This document shows positions 20,509 through 30,548 of a stretch of DNA of 64,000 nucleotides, piece after piece. The notes beneath the pieces were generated by a model, which did no database searches, was not told the DNA's origin, and saw only the letters and a list, made by a program, of their open reading frames with translations. Where the stretch lies: positions 10,152-74,151 of the forward strand of contig QQSK01000013.1 in assembly GCA_003602415.1 (NCBI GenBank). The letters run 5' to 3'. Within the stretch, counting starts at the first letter, position 1. Each line of letters opens with the position of its first letter. The DNA comes from Candidatus Poseidoniales archaeon. GTDB taxonomy: Archaea > Thermoplasmatota > Poseidoniia > Poseidoniales > Poseidoniaceae. The position numbers were made by a program, and so were the translations under genes.

Positions 20509-22001
20509 ATCAACCACTATTGGTGATTTTAATGTCCGAGGAAGTAGAGTCGTTCGATGATGATTCTATGTTTAGTGATTTATTCAAGCCAGGAAATAAT
20601 TTGCTTGGGTATGTATTGATTCTAACTTCATTGATTCTATGGTTTGAAGGAAATAATCTGCGTTCATTGAACATATTACTGGTGATCATTGCTGTGTTTT
20701 GGCTTGTGGTCAAGCTATTGGCAAAGACCAAATTATTTTCCAAAAAAGAAACCAATTTCGAGAAACCTAGCATCAAAAGAAAATTGAAATTATTGTCATT
20801 TATTCTAGTCATATTGGTTGCATTTTTGGTTTTGTCTACCACTTTTGCCCTCAACTTTGTAGATGACTTTGGAGGTGAACCATCTTCTCATGATTCTCCT
20901 AATTTTAATGATGGAACATTTGAGAATACAGAATCTACCATCATGCAATCTGATGAAGTATCAACTTGGGATTTGTTAGGCGACTACCTAGTCAGCGATG
21001 ATTGTAGGTCTCCCAATGAAGAATTACCTTCAGAGGAATTCAAATTAATTGATTTGGAGGATGGTGAGATTAGTGTTACTTGGTTTGGCCATTCAACCAT
21101 TTTACTACGCTCGAATAATGTCACTATAATCACTGATCCTGTGTTCGGAGATTCCGGAGCAGGACCCTTATCATTAGGGCCTAGTCCATTTCCTTTTGAG
21201 CATTCATACAGTTTAGATGATTTACCAGAAATCGATTATGTATTCATTTCACACGACCATTACGACCATTTGGATATGAACACGGTCAAGGAACTCGAGG
21301 ATTCGTTGTTCTTTGTCCCATTAGGAATCAAAAACCATCTTTTAGAATGGGATATCGAAGAAGAAAAAATTCAGGAATTAGATTGGTATGATGAAGTTGA
21401 CATTTCTCAAGATTTACATGCAGCTTTAACTCCAGCACGTCATTTTAGTGGAAGGGGGATTTCCGATAGTCATTCTACACTGTGGGGTTCTTGGGTATTC
21501 AATTTCCATGAAACGAGTATATACTTCAGTGGAGATACTGGTTATACTGATGAGTTTACAAATATCAGTGAAGCATTCGGTCCATTCGATATTGCATTCT
21601 TAGATTCAGGGCAGTATAATTTAGCATGGCAACAAGTCCACATGCTTCCTGATGAGGTCGTTCAAGCAGGAATAGATTTGAATGCATCATTAATCCTGCC
21701 AATTCATATTTCGAAGTATGAATTAGCGTTACACCACTGGTATGAGCCGATGGAATTGGTCTCTACACTTGGCGCAGAGAGGAATGTATCTGTGGCAACC
21801 CCGCTTCTTGGAAGCAGTTTCATTATTGGAAAGGAGATACCTGATGACCCATGGTGGAGAGGCATTTCAGAATGCACTGACCCATTCTTAGATGAATATC
21901 CTGCACTTGAATACGCGTTGTTCTATACTGGATTTGTAGGTGTTATGTGGATTGTAATACCTCGATTCAAGAAAACTAACCAGCCCTTCGAAGAAGAGTG
22001 A
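20505..22001 (+). CDS. Membrane-anchored MBL-fold metallo-hydrolase (NAPE-PLD/Lactamase_B_2-like)
   Basis: An N-terminal TM region is followed by the MBL motif HDHYDHLD. It overlaps the sdhB stop. An alternative start is ATG 20532. Confidence 0.55.
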   Translation: MNQPLLVILMSEEVESFDDDSMFSDLFKPGNNLLGYVLILTSLILWFEGNNLRSLNILLVIIAVFWLVVKLLAKTKLFSKKETNFEKPSIKRKLKLLSFILVILVAFLVLSTTFALNFVDDFGGEPSSHDSPNFNDGTFENTESTIMQSDEVSTWDLLGDYLVSDDCRSPNEELPSEEFKLIDLEDGEISVTWFGHSTILLRSNNVTIITDPVFGDSGAGPLSLGPSPFPFEHSYSLDDLPEIDYVFISHDHYDHLDMNTVKELEDSLFFVPLGIKNHLLEWDIEEEKIQELDWYDEVDISQDLHAALTPARHFSGRGISDSHSTLWGSWVFNFHETSIYFSGDTGYTDEFTNISEAFGPFDIAFLDSGQYNLAWQQVHMLPDEVVQAGIDLNASLILPIHISKYELALHHWYEPMELVSTLGAERNVSVATPLLGSSFIIGKEIPDDPWWRGISECTDPFLDEYPALEYALFYTGFVGVMWIVIPRFKKTNQPFEEE

Positions 22002-22024
22002 ATTTTCTACATAACATATGATGA

Positions 22025-23002
22025 CTAGAGAATGTGAGTTCTAACCTCGCATGATGATGGCTTTTTTGGGGCCTCGCTGAAGCCAAATTTACAAGGTTCG
22101 GAAATGTTGGAAAAATCTCCAACATTTTTGCCATCAATCAGTGCCTTAGCATCGGTGATTTTTGAAACCCTATCGATTGCATACCATTCTTTTCTATTGT
22201 TCTTGGTCATTCCATGAGTACGAGTTGAGAAGAATAACTTTGCAAAGATTAATTCGATTGTTGCGATGAAGAAAAGAGATCTTTTGAAGGGTATTTTCCA
22301 ACCCTTGTTCCAACCAAACTCTAGCTCCATCGCATCGCAGGTAACATTCATTCTTCTTTCATCTTGTGAAACTTGTATTTCTTGGATTATGATTTCATCA
22401 AACGTATACATCGAATCAACATAATCTGCAATCTTCTGATTGGGTGCAATTAGTGTTCTGTGGCCATCAGGTTTGGCCCACATAATGTCTGTGAATTGTC
22501 CAAAGATTGACTCATTCCATGAACCAACAACTATTCTATCACCACTTTGAAATCCACTAGAAGTAATTCTTCCTTTGAAAACATCCATCATATCTATGCC
22601 CTTTTCTTTACCTTTGAAAGGCGTTATTTCCCCGATCCATGCTATTACTAGAATTAGAATTACTTGGATAAGCAATCTTACAATATGCCAACCGTCTCCG
22701 TAATGGACTCCATCTAGCGGAATATCGTTGTACCACATATTGAAATTAGCCCAATACAGAACGATAAGCATCCAAGCGGCTCCTACAGAGGCCCATGTTC
22801 TTGTTAGTGGAATGATTAACAATAAACCAAATGCGATTTCGAAAAGCCCGCTTAGATGTACCCAGAAAGTGGGGTCTGGAAGAGTCTCAGGAACTATTGG
22901 TTCATACCATGATGGATTGATGAAATGGTCAATGCCCACATTGATGAATGCGATTCCAAGCACGAAGGCAGTGAAATCGCGTAAAGTGATTTTGACTTCC
23001 AC
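22025..23002 (-). CDS. DoxX-like membrane domain fused to a soluble C-terminal domain (hypothetical)
   Basis: The N-terminal ~130 aa contain 4 TM helices, followed by a ~190-aa hydrophilic domain. No motif was recognised. Confidence 0.35.
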   Translation of the reverse strand: MEVKITLRDFTAFVLGIAFINVGIDHFINPSWYEPIVPETLPDPTFWVHLSGLFEIAFGLLLIIPLTRTWASVGAAWMLIVLYWANFNMWYNDIPLDGVHYGDGWHIVRLLIQVILILVIAWIGEITPFKGKEKGIDMMDVFKGRITSSGFQSGDRIVVGSWNESIFGQFTDIMWAKPDGHRTLIAPNQKIADYVDSMYTFDEIIIQEIQVSQDERRMNVTCDAMELEFGWNKGWKIPFKRSLFFIATIELIFAKLFFSTRTHGMTKNNRKEWYAIDRVSKITDAKALIDGKNVGDFSNISEPCKFGFSEAPKKPSSCEVRTHIL

Positions 23003-23070
23003 AACTCCTCGAAATTAACTTCATTCAAAAAAGGATGTAATCAACCAACAACGAAGTTTGGTTATTGAAA

Positions 23071-23112
23071 TAAAAAAAGCCCCCCACAGAGCCGAAGTTC
23101 TGTGAGGGGCAA
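23071..23112 (-). terminator. Intrinsic terminator-like hairpin followed by a T-tract downstream of the MC1 gene
   Basis: On the minus strand the sequence reads CCCCTCACAGAACTTCGGCTCTGTGGGGGG followed by CTTTTTTT. It lies 45 nt after the MC1 stop. Confidence 0.5.
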
Positions 23113-23156
23113 AGTCCCGCGAGGGCGTATCAGCATTGCATCAATGCAACCTTAAT

Positions 23157-23420
23157 TCAAAGGTGCTCGATTCCTTGCTTCTTTACGTTAGCCTTCTTGA
23201 TCTTGTCAGGAAGCCACGCTGGGCCGTTTGCAGGCTTGTCTACAACGTCGATACGTCCGGTGAAGACGTGGACTCTCTTGGTTCCACGCTCACGCAGACG
23301 GATGTCTGTGTGTCCGCGTGTAGCTGCTTTTAGAGCTGCTCCACGTGGTTGTCGGCTTGCAAAAACTTGGCTTGTGTCTTTTCCGTTCTCCATGAGAACG
23401 AAGTACTTCTTTTCACCCAT
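23157..23420 (-). CDS. Archaeal chromosomal protein MC1
   Basis: The protein is 87 aa. The stretch FASRQPRGAALKAATRG...IRLRERGTKRVHVFTG...DKPANGPAWLPDKIKKANVKKQGIE matches my recollection of Methanosarcina MC1. Confidence 0.75.
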   Translation of the reverse strand: MGEKKYFVLMENGKDTSQVFASRQPRGAALKAATRGHTDIRLRERGTKRVHVFTGRIDVVDKPANGPAWLPDKIKKANVKKQGIEHL

Positions 23421-23445
23421 AGGTTATACCTCGTGCCGCCTACGG

Positions 23446-23454
23446 TTTTCTAAA
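23446..23454 (-). promoter_or_regulatory. Putative TATA box for the MC1 gene, implying a leaderless or short-leader transcript
   Basis: TTTAGAAAA lies at -34 to -26 relative to the MC1 ATG on the minus strand. Confidence 0.3.
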
Positions 23455-23558
23455 GGTTATAATGTTTCCTCCGCCAAACCGCTATACTGCAGTACATATT
23501 GGACGCAGTGGTGCTTTTCAGAAGCCACTTTAGAGCAGTATGGCGTTTTACAAACGAC

Positions 23559-23792
23559 CTAAAATTCAGCACCTGCAAGAGTTTTGGAACCTGTAACTCC
23601 TGGAACTTGGCGAATAATATCAACAACAGTTTTTGCAATGATTCCCAATGCTTCAGCTTCAAGTTTCACTATAATGTCATAATCACCAAACAAAAGAGTG
23701 GCATCCACGACATTGTCAATATCTTTGATCGTTTGAAACGCATCATACTCTTTGCCTGGTGAGACATTTACGAGGACATAACCAACTGCCAT
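23559..23792 (-). CDS. Stand-alone Lrp/AsnC C-terminal (RAM) domain protein
   Basis: It is 77 aa, with VNVSPGKEYDAFQTIKDIDNVVDATLLFGDYDIIVKLEAE typical of an AsnC C-terminal domain. Confidence 0.55.
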   Translation of the reverse strand: MAVGYVLVNVSPGKEYDAFQTIKDIDNVVDATLLFGDYDIIVKLEAEALGIIAKTVVDIIRQVPGVTGSKTLAGAEF

Positions 23793-23828
23793 AATTATCC
23801 CAACACCTCAACCCACAAGAAGTCTGCG

Positions 23829-26800
23829 TCACCTAAGGTCTTGCAAACTTTCTCTGTAAGTCTCCCATTGTTCTTCTTCCCATTCTTCAGGCATGGGTCC
23901 ATCAAGCCAGTCTAGGAATTCTTGGAGAGTCCAACCTTCTGGTATTCGTTCATCCTTTTGTGGAGTCTCATCTTCGGTTTCCCAAGTTTCAACGACTTCA
24001 TCATCGCCTCGATTTCTAAAGTATAATGTTGAGGAAATAATCACTACAACTAATATTATACCAAATATCATCAAAGGAAGTGACATCGATTCTGAAGATT
24101 CCTTCACTTCATCTTGAACTATGTCACAATCAGTTGAGCATTCTTCAACTCCTTCAACAATAATTAATCCGGTGTAGTTCACTTGGTTACCACTCCAATC
24201 CTCACATTCAACAATCGCTGAAATATTGCCTTCAAGGCTGGTAGGAAGCAACCATGAAGCACTCCAAATGCCAGTGCCATCAAGGTCGAGAACTTCACTA
24301 TTAGTTGTACTGAAAACCGAAGTATTACCACTGATTAAGTTGAGTTGACAAGTAGCATCGATGCCATCTGCATCCTCCATTTCAACCATTATTTCCAACA
24401 GCCCTTCATGGGATATGTTACTAGAGTGTGTGACTTCAATTTCAGGAGGAGAATGCATAAATTCGAAATCCAAGTTCGAAATTGACATTATTTCATCAAT
24501 ATCCACAACTCTCAACTGTAGACTTCCTTCTCCAGGAACGAATGAAGAATCTAATTGTATTCTAAAGTAGAAAGAATCAGTTTGTCCAGCAACATCATTT
24601 CCACATTCTGTCGGGGATTGGATTGGAGCTGTAACAATCCAGCCTAATTGCTCTAAACTCGCAGTAGTCTCTAGAATTGGTCTAGAAGAACGAATTCTTA
24701 CAACTGCGTCTGCAGTTTGTCCAAACATTAGTTCATCAATTGTATTGCCGTTTTGACACAAATCGATTGAAAGGATCTCTGGAGGGCTGAGTAAAATTGG
24801 TGCTTGAAGTTGAGAAGAATTACTTGCACCATTGGCGCCTGTAACAGCCACTTGGATTACCAAATCTCCGCTGTCTATGCTTTGAGAGGAGAATAATGGA
24901 ATAACTGCAATTCCATTTTCGAGTTCTATTGGTAGGGAATATTCACTCTGTCCTGGCCACTTTATGGTTAGGTCTCCATATGTACCTTCAATAGAATCGT
25001 CATTATCGATGACCTCAATTCTGAGATTTTCATCCCCGCCAGCAAGAATATTCTGAACAGGATTCATCGAAGCATCAACTATTGACAGGTTTACAATAGG
25101 AGCCTGGTCTGCAACTTGAATAGTTCTTCTAGTCAGGAAATTACCTTCAGAATCTCTTAATTCAATATCAAAAGAATCCAAACTTGAGCCGGGAGGTAAG
25201 TTGAATGACGCAATGTAACAATGTTGGTCTGAACTACTTCCTGTAATGTAAGTCAATCCATCAATCATGCCACGCGATGCACTGAATTGTGGCATCTGTG
25301 TCGCTAGGTCATGATCAGGGTCAAGCACACAGGCTTTGAGTGTCAAGATATGTCCTCGAATTACTCCTTTAACCGGTGATGAGGTAAGAACCGATGCACC
25401 GCCCCAGTCGTTTGCATCTACTCCTGAGATGTGAGTTCCAAACCAGAATGCTGGCGCATCTCGAATCGCAGCTATTGCTAGAGATTCTTGAATAGTAGAT
25501 AGATTGGATTCATCTGTTACATTAACTCTCAAATCCAATACTCCAAGCGGTATATCTGAAGGTAAGTCGATTGTCGTCCACCAAATCATGCCATCTTGAC
25601 TACCGGTATTCTGCCATGTCCACTCTGTACTATTATTGCCTTGAGTAATTCTCCATGCAATAGTAGCCGAAACCACACCACTATCATCAGAAGCATCGAT
25701 GCTACAAACGAATCTATCACCTCTACTATACTGGCTAGAATCACAGAAGATGTCATTTATTGTTGGTGCAATGTTTACCCACAGGGTAATGTCAAGCACA
25801 TTGTTATCGATATTTCTTTCAGGATTTAATAGTGAACTAGCTTCCCATTTGATCACTAGGTTGTTCCATCCTTCTCGTGATGAATTAAGTTGTACGGTAA
25901 TGATTTGCCGACTGCCATTTTGTGAACCGTCAGGCAAAGTTAACGATTGATTTACCAACACTACACTGCCCAATTTATCCAGCACTTTCAATTGACCAAC
26001 AGCATCGCCAGGCCCAATGTTTTGTAATGCAATTTCCATTTGGAAATCTTGGTCAATTGAAACATTATCCAAAATTCTGACATCAATAATTTCCACATCA
26101 TGAACAATGTCAGCATAAGGACTCATTTTTGGATCACCCACCACTACTCCCATCCAACTGGTGTACGTATTTGCAGCAGCATAGGATTCAGCGAGATTGA
26201 ATCCACTGGAATATGAAGAAAGCAATACGCTTGGAGATGATACTGCGGTCAGGTATGGTTCATACACATAGCCCTTGATTCCGCTGGCCCCATCTTCCAA
26301 GATATCCGCTACTAATGATTGACCGTATGTTGTGCCCCAATTGAAAGAACGAGCCCCTGTGCTAACCGCAGTTTCAACAATTGATCCATTGACCCACTCC
26401 ATGTGTGGCCTAATCACTCTAAGTACAGTTGAATCAACAAATAATGAACCTCCTGTTGAAGTAGGAACGATATCTAATGAAACTCTAATCTTCATCGATG
26501 TTGCATTTTCATGTGGTCTAAATCTCATGGTTTCTGAGTTCCATGCAGCAGTGAAATCTTGATTTGAGGATGTGTTAGTAAACAGAGTGGAACCATTTGA
26601 ATCAAGAGATGTAACTTGGATATTGTATTCTCCAAACACGTCTCCAGCTCTTTTACCATATGTGTAAACCACCCAAGCATGGTCGGTGAAGTTTTCATCG
26701 ATACTGTGAATTGTTTCTAGATAAGCAACACCTTGACCATTACCAGAATATGCAGTGCAATTATTGACTATATTTCTGTTCAAGACAGTGACTGAACTAT

Positions 26801-28946
26801 TGTTCAGTGCAGTATCCCAAATCATTACATTGTCGATTTTACCTTCGAAAAATGAGTTGCCAGCTCTATTTACTCCCAATTTGTACAAATCAAAATTGTT
26901 TACTGAACCGTTTGGATAAGTGTTGGTATTGACAAGTACTCCATCCATGTATTGTCTTGTTTGACCATTATCGAATACAGTGACTAAGTGACTCCATTTT
27001 TGGTTTATTACGTCACCAAATGATTTGGTCTGATTATTGTGTAATTTCCATTCACCACCCGAAATCATGTGCTGGAATGAATTGTTTGACCCTGCATTAT
27101 CGTCTATTGCAAATGTCGAAGCATAGGTGGATTGATTGGTGGTATTTGCCCATACCCATTGACTGATTGAGAAGTTACCAAGCCAGTCGTCGACATTCAC
27201 TTTCGCATAATCATTAGAACCATCAAACCAAAGACAATTTCCATCAATACAGGTTTGCCAGTTGCTCGAGTTCATTCCATAAAGAGTGAAATTTGAACCG
27301 TTAGCAACACTATCATTGGTTTGAGAACCAACCCCTTCTTCAAAATCCCACTGATGAATCAGGCTTTCAGATTGAGGAACATAATCTCCATGAACATAGA
27401 AGGCTGATGCAGGTATTGTTACTTTGGAAGTATTGGGGCCTTGCCAAGAAAAGCGTAATCCATGAGGCCCTCCTCCTTGGAAAAATTCGATTCTGAAATC
27501 ATGATGCCCTTCGGTTAGGTTCAAAGTAACAGAATACTCTCTCATTCCATGCATTCCGTAATTCTGAATTGCGCTTACCCCGTTAATCCATAACTCGGAT
27601 CCATCATCTGTGTTGAGATAAAATGTCCAATTTCCACTTTCTGGTATGTCTACCAGGCCACTAAATCGAGCTCCCCAATTGTGCTTGAAACGATCATCTA
27701 ATCCGGGGTATGGATTGTTTGAAGAGGAATAAGCCAGAGTGTTTTCTATTCTGGTATGGTCAGGTTCTCTATCAATCAAATCTGGCATTGATGCAGAATT
27801 GAAACTAATTCCTTCATTGTCGAAATACTCAGCATAAATACCAGATAACAAATAACCGGTTTCTTGGCTACACTCAGATGAAATCTCAGCTTCGAAAGCC
27901 CCATTACCGCCTTGTTTGGTCTGAGTTTGGTATGACCAATTGAATATGTCACCTGGTGATACAGTCGGTGAAGATATGTTCCAATATCTAGAACCGCTTG
28001 ACCATGCAGAATCGAGTGTATCAAAACCTCCATTTGAAAGGTAATTCTTGTTCCAATTACCGTCATTACTTCCCCATGATGCATATCCAATCACATTGGA
28101 GATATTGGTTATGAATTCGGTCTCTTCATCGAAATAAACTGGCAGATTCATTGAACCATTAAGCGTAGAATTAGCCACGTACAAGTCATCATTCCAGAAT
28201 TTGTAACCAGAGCCATTTCGATTTGTTGCTAAATCTAGAACATGAGTCCCTCTTGAACCGTATGAATTGTTGGCCTTCTCGATTAACTCCAAAGCGGTAT
28301 CTACAGTATATCCTGTCAATCTAGTGACAAGGAAGAATCCATATTCTTCCCGAGTAAATTCCTTCATCTGTTTACCCGCCAATGGCCCATAATCATGATT
28401 GCTCCACCAATTACCGCCAATATCGGCATCATAACTACCTCCTGCCAATGATATTTCTTGATCGAATGATGCCTTATCATTACCCCCATTTACTCGCAGT
28501 GGTATGCCTTTTGTAGTCACTAGATAGTTGATGTCTGTACCATTGTAAGAGGACAACATTGCTCTAAATGGCTCCAAAAAATATGTATCGAATTGATTTC
28601 TGTTTATTGTTTCTCCAGTAGGATTAGAAGAATTATTGAAGATGAAAACACGTTCAGCACTAATGTTCCTTGCTGTTACGAAGGCCCAACCAATCGTTCT
28701 ACTCGCCTCTGATTGGTTATTGATTAGAACGGCGACATCGCTGTAATCCACTGCCGTTGATAGGTTGAAACCACCAGGTACTGCTACAGTTTGCAAGGGA
28801 GTCTCATTCCAGATGTCAGTATCTATGCTGAATCCCTCAAACAATGAGTCCTCAAGGCTAACTTCCTCAACATCAGAGTTTGGAATCTGAACGCTTCCAA
28901 ACAGGAAAAGCGCGACCAGAATTAGCGCCTTCCGTTGGGAGGACAT
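23829..28946 (-). CDS. Giant secreted surface protein (1705 aa) with a LamG/ConA-like lectin domain, a C-terminal TM anchor and an acidic Trp-rich cytoplasmic tail
   Basis: It has an N-terminal signal peptide (ALILVALFLFGSVQ). A LamG-like segment reads DGSNDYAKVNVDDWLGNFSISQWVWANT...FEGKIDNVMIW. Beta-rich Asn/Ser/Thr-rich repeats follow. The C-terminus has a TM helix LPLMIFGIILVVVIISSTLYF and a tail rich in EEWEEEQWE. Confidence 0.6.
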   Translation of the reverse strand: MSSQRKALILVALFLFGSVQIPNSDVEEVSLEDSLFEGFSIDTDIWNETPLQTVAVPGGFNLSTAVDYSDVAVLINNQSEASRTIGWAFVTARNISAERVFIFNNSSNPTGETINRNQFDTYFLEPFRAMLSSYNGTDINYLVTTKGIPLRVNGGNDKASFDQEISLAGGSYDADIGGNWWSNHDYGPLAGKQMKEFTREEYGFFLVTRLTGYTVDTALELIEKANNSYGSRGTHVLDLATNRNGSGYKFWNDDLYVANSTLNGSMNLPVYFDEETEFITNISNVIGYASWGSNDGNWNKNYLSNGGFDTLDSAWSSGSRYWNISSPTVSPGDIFNWSYQTQTKQGGNGAFEAEISSECSQETGYLLSGIYAEYFDNEGISFNSASMPDLIDREPDHTRIENTLAYSSSNNPYPGLDDRFKHNWGARFSGLVDIPESGNWTFYLNTDDGSELWINGVSAIQNYGMHGMREYSVTLNLTEGHHDFRIEFFQGGGPHGLRFSWQGPNTSKVTIPASAFYVHGDYVPQSESLIHQWDFEEGVGSQTNDSVANGSNFTLYGMNSSNWQTCIDGNCLWFDGSNDYAKVNVDDWLGNFSISQWVWANTTNQSTYASTFAIDDNAGSNNSFQHMISGGEWKLHNNQTKSFGDVINQKWSHLVTVFDNGQTRQYMDGVLVNTNTYPNGSVNNFDLYKLGVNRAGNSFFEGKIDNVMIWDTALNNSSVTVLNRNIVNNCTAYSGNGQGVAYLETIHSIDENFTDHAWVVYTYGKRAGDVFGEYNIQVTSLDSNGSTLFTNTSSNQDFTAAWNSETMRFRPHENATSMKIRVSLDIVPTSTGGSLFVDSTVLRVIRPHMEWVNGSIVETAVSTGARSFNWGTTYGQSLVADILEDGASGIKGYVYEPYLTAVSSPSVLLSSYSSGFNLAESYAAANTYTSWMGVVVGDPKMSPYADIVHDVEIIDVRILDNVSIDQDFQMEIALQNIGPGDAVGQLKVLDKLGSVVLVNQSLTLPDGSQNGSRQIITVQLNSSREGWNNLVIKWEASSLLNPERNIDNNVLDITLWVNIAPTINDIFCDSSQYSRGDRFVCSIDASDDSGVVSATIAWRITQGNNSTEWTWQNTGSQDGMIWWTTIDLPSDIPLGVLDLRVNVTDESNLSTIQESLAIAAIRDAPAFWFGTHISGVDANDWGGASVLTSSPVKGVIRGHILTLKACVLDPDHDLATQMPQFSASRGMIDGLTYITGSSSDQHCYIASFNLPPGSSLDSFDIELRDSEGNFLTRRTIQVADQAPIVNLSIVDASMNPVQNILAGGDENLRIEVIDNDDSIEGTYGDLTIKWPGQSEYSLPIELENGIAVIPLFSSQSIDSGDLVIQVAVTGANGASNSSQLQAPILLSPPEILSIDLCQNGNTIDELMFGQTADAVVRIRSSRPILETTASLEQLGWIVTAPIQSPTECGNDVAGQTDSFYFRIQLDSSFVPGEGSLQLRVVDIDEIMSISNLDFEFMHSPPEIEVTHSSNISHEGLLEIMVEMEDADGIDATCQLNLISGNTSVFSTTNSEVLDLDGTGIWSASWLLPTSLEGNISAIVECEDWSGNQVNYTGLIIVEGVEECSTDCDIVQDEVKESSESMSLPLMIFGIILVVVIISSTLYFRNRGDDEVVETWETEDETPQKDERIPEGWTLQEFLDWLDGPMPEEWEEEQWETYRESLQDLR

Positions 28947-29063
28947 ATGTCTTGGGAGACATTATTACACAAAGTCACTTCGATTAGAAAATCTATTGAA
29001 AAATATGCATTTTTGGCAATTTTCGTCAATGTGTATATGAAGGACGGCCCCCCCTGCCGAAAC

Positions 29064-29690
29064 ATGGTCGAGTTGTATATGGCGCGAACTTGTCGCTGGG
29101 GTATACTCCGAGTCATTGGTGGGGACTTGCATTTGCAAGAAGCCGATGTCGTGATTACCCCTGCTAATAATCGCCTATCTGGGCGAGAAGGAATAGACGC
29201 TCAAATTCACAAAGCGGCTGGTGAAGAACTGAGGCAGTTTTGTCGAGATGTTAGCGTAGAGCAACGAAAATCCAACCTCCCTCCATGTCCAGTTACCACT
29301 AACGTGGTTTCCAAACCATACAACCTTGAGAACAAATTCAAGCACATCATTCACGTTGTCAGCCCAGATTGTAGAAGACCAAATCAGGATGAATCCAGAA
29401 GACAATTGCTACCTGAAGCATACTTCAACCTATTTGCAACACTCAAGGATATGAAAGATGTGAGCGTAGTTATGGCTCCTCCTCTCTCAATGGGAGTATT
29501 CGCTTATCCACACAGAGAAGGGGCTAGACTGACTCTTGAAACATTACTTGGAATTATGGATGGTGAAGAAGATCCTGGAATTAAGGAATACAACATTGTT
29601 GTAAAAGAAAGAAATTTCATCAAAAATATGAGAACGGTTTACAGAGAATCTGAAGACCAACTTCCAGGTACTGATACAACAATGGTTTGA
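29064..29690 (+). CDS. Macro domain protein (ADP-ribose binding or hydrolase)
   Basis: ILRVIGGDLHLQEADVVITPANNRLSGREGIDAQIHKAAG matches the Macro GD(I/L)T...D..V.AAN..L..G.GV..AI..AAG motif. The ORF track's start at 28935 overlaps the divergent gene start, so an internal Met at 29064 or 29079 is preferred. Confidence 0.6.
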   Translation: MVELYMARTCRWGILRVIGGDLHLQEADVVITPANNRLSGREGIDAQIHKAAGEELRQFCRDVSVEQRKSNLPPCPVTTNVVSKPYNLENKFKHIIHVVSPDCRRPNQDESRRQLLPEAYFNLFATLKDMKDVSVVMAPPLSMGVFAYPHREGARLTLETLLGIMDGEEDPGIKEYNIVVKERNFIKNMRTVYRESEDQLPGTDTTMV

Positions 29691-29699
29691 GGTGTTTGA

Positions 29700-30548
29700 A
29701 TGGTCGATCTGCCAAATATGGTGGCTTCGGCAATAGACAATGAACGCTCAGGCTTTTCCGTAGCAGTGTTGTTATCAAACAATTCTAGAACCGCTAAAAA
29801 GATCAGAGAAATTCTTCCTTCCAAACTTAGAATGGTAACTTTGACATCATCTACAAAGGTGTCTGATGCATTGAAAGATTCAGGAATCGAAACTAAACTG
29901 TTGGAGGATTCACTTTCTTCTCAAGGATTGTCAGTCCTTACTAATCTTCACGACATTATCTTGCAAGGTTTGGGTGAGGGGAGCTTCAAATCCAACGATC
30001 GAATTATTGCAATTTTAGCTGAACCAATGAATGGAATTATTGTAATCGAAGCCAGTTCCTTGACCTCCAATCGATTAGCAATCATGGCAAATGAGCACGA
30101 TATCGACATTGAGGTTTTGGCCCGCATGATGGAATTAGCACGACATATCGGGGGAAGGGGAAGAGAAGGACATGCTGTTGGTGCATTGTTTGCAATAGGC
30201 TCGGTTCCAAAATTACGACGCTACTCTACAGCACTAGTCCTGAATCCTTTCAAAGGGCACTCAGATTCGAAGAAAAGTGTAACCTCGCTAAACAATCACG
30301 AAACTTTGGCCGAATTTGCTTGGTTAGATGGGGCGATTTTATTCAACTCCAAAGGTATTGCAAGCGATGCAGGTAGATATGTGCAAGTTCCATCAGGAAT
30401 CAATCCTAAACCAGGAGAAGGGGGTCGCCATCTTGCAGCAAGAGCGATTAGCCAATTAGCAGAAGCTATCGCAATCTGTGTTTCATCTAGTGGAGTTATT
30501 ACCTTGTATTCCAATGGCAAAGAAAGATATCGCGTCAGGCTCTCCTGA
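29700..30548 (+). CDS. dacZ: Diadenylate cyclase (c-di-AMP synthase), archaeal DacZ type
   Basis: The C-terminal DAC domain carries LDGAILFN (the DGA motif) and GGRHLAARAIS (the RHR-type motif). The N-terminal regulatory domain and the 282-aa length fit DacZ. Confidence 0.6.
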   Translation: MVDLPNMVASAIDNERSGFSVAVLLSNNSRTAKKIREILPSKLRMVTLTSSTKVSDALKDSGIETKLLEDSLSSQGLSVLTNLHDIILQGLGEGSFKSNDRIIAILAEPMNGIIVIEASSLTSNRLAIMANEHDIDIEVLARMMELARHIGGRGREGHAVGALFAIGSVPKLRRYSTALVLNPFKGHSDSKKSVTSLNNHETLAEFAWLDGAILFNSKGIASDAGRYVQVPSGINPKPGEGGRHLAARAISQLAEAIAICVSSSGVITLYSNGKERYRVRLS

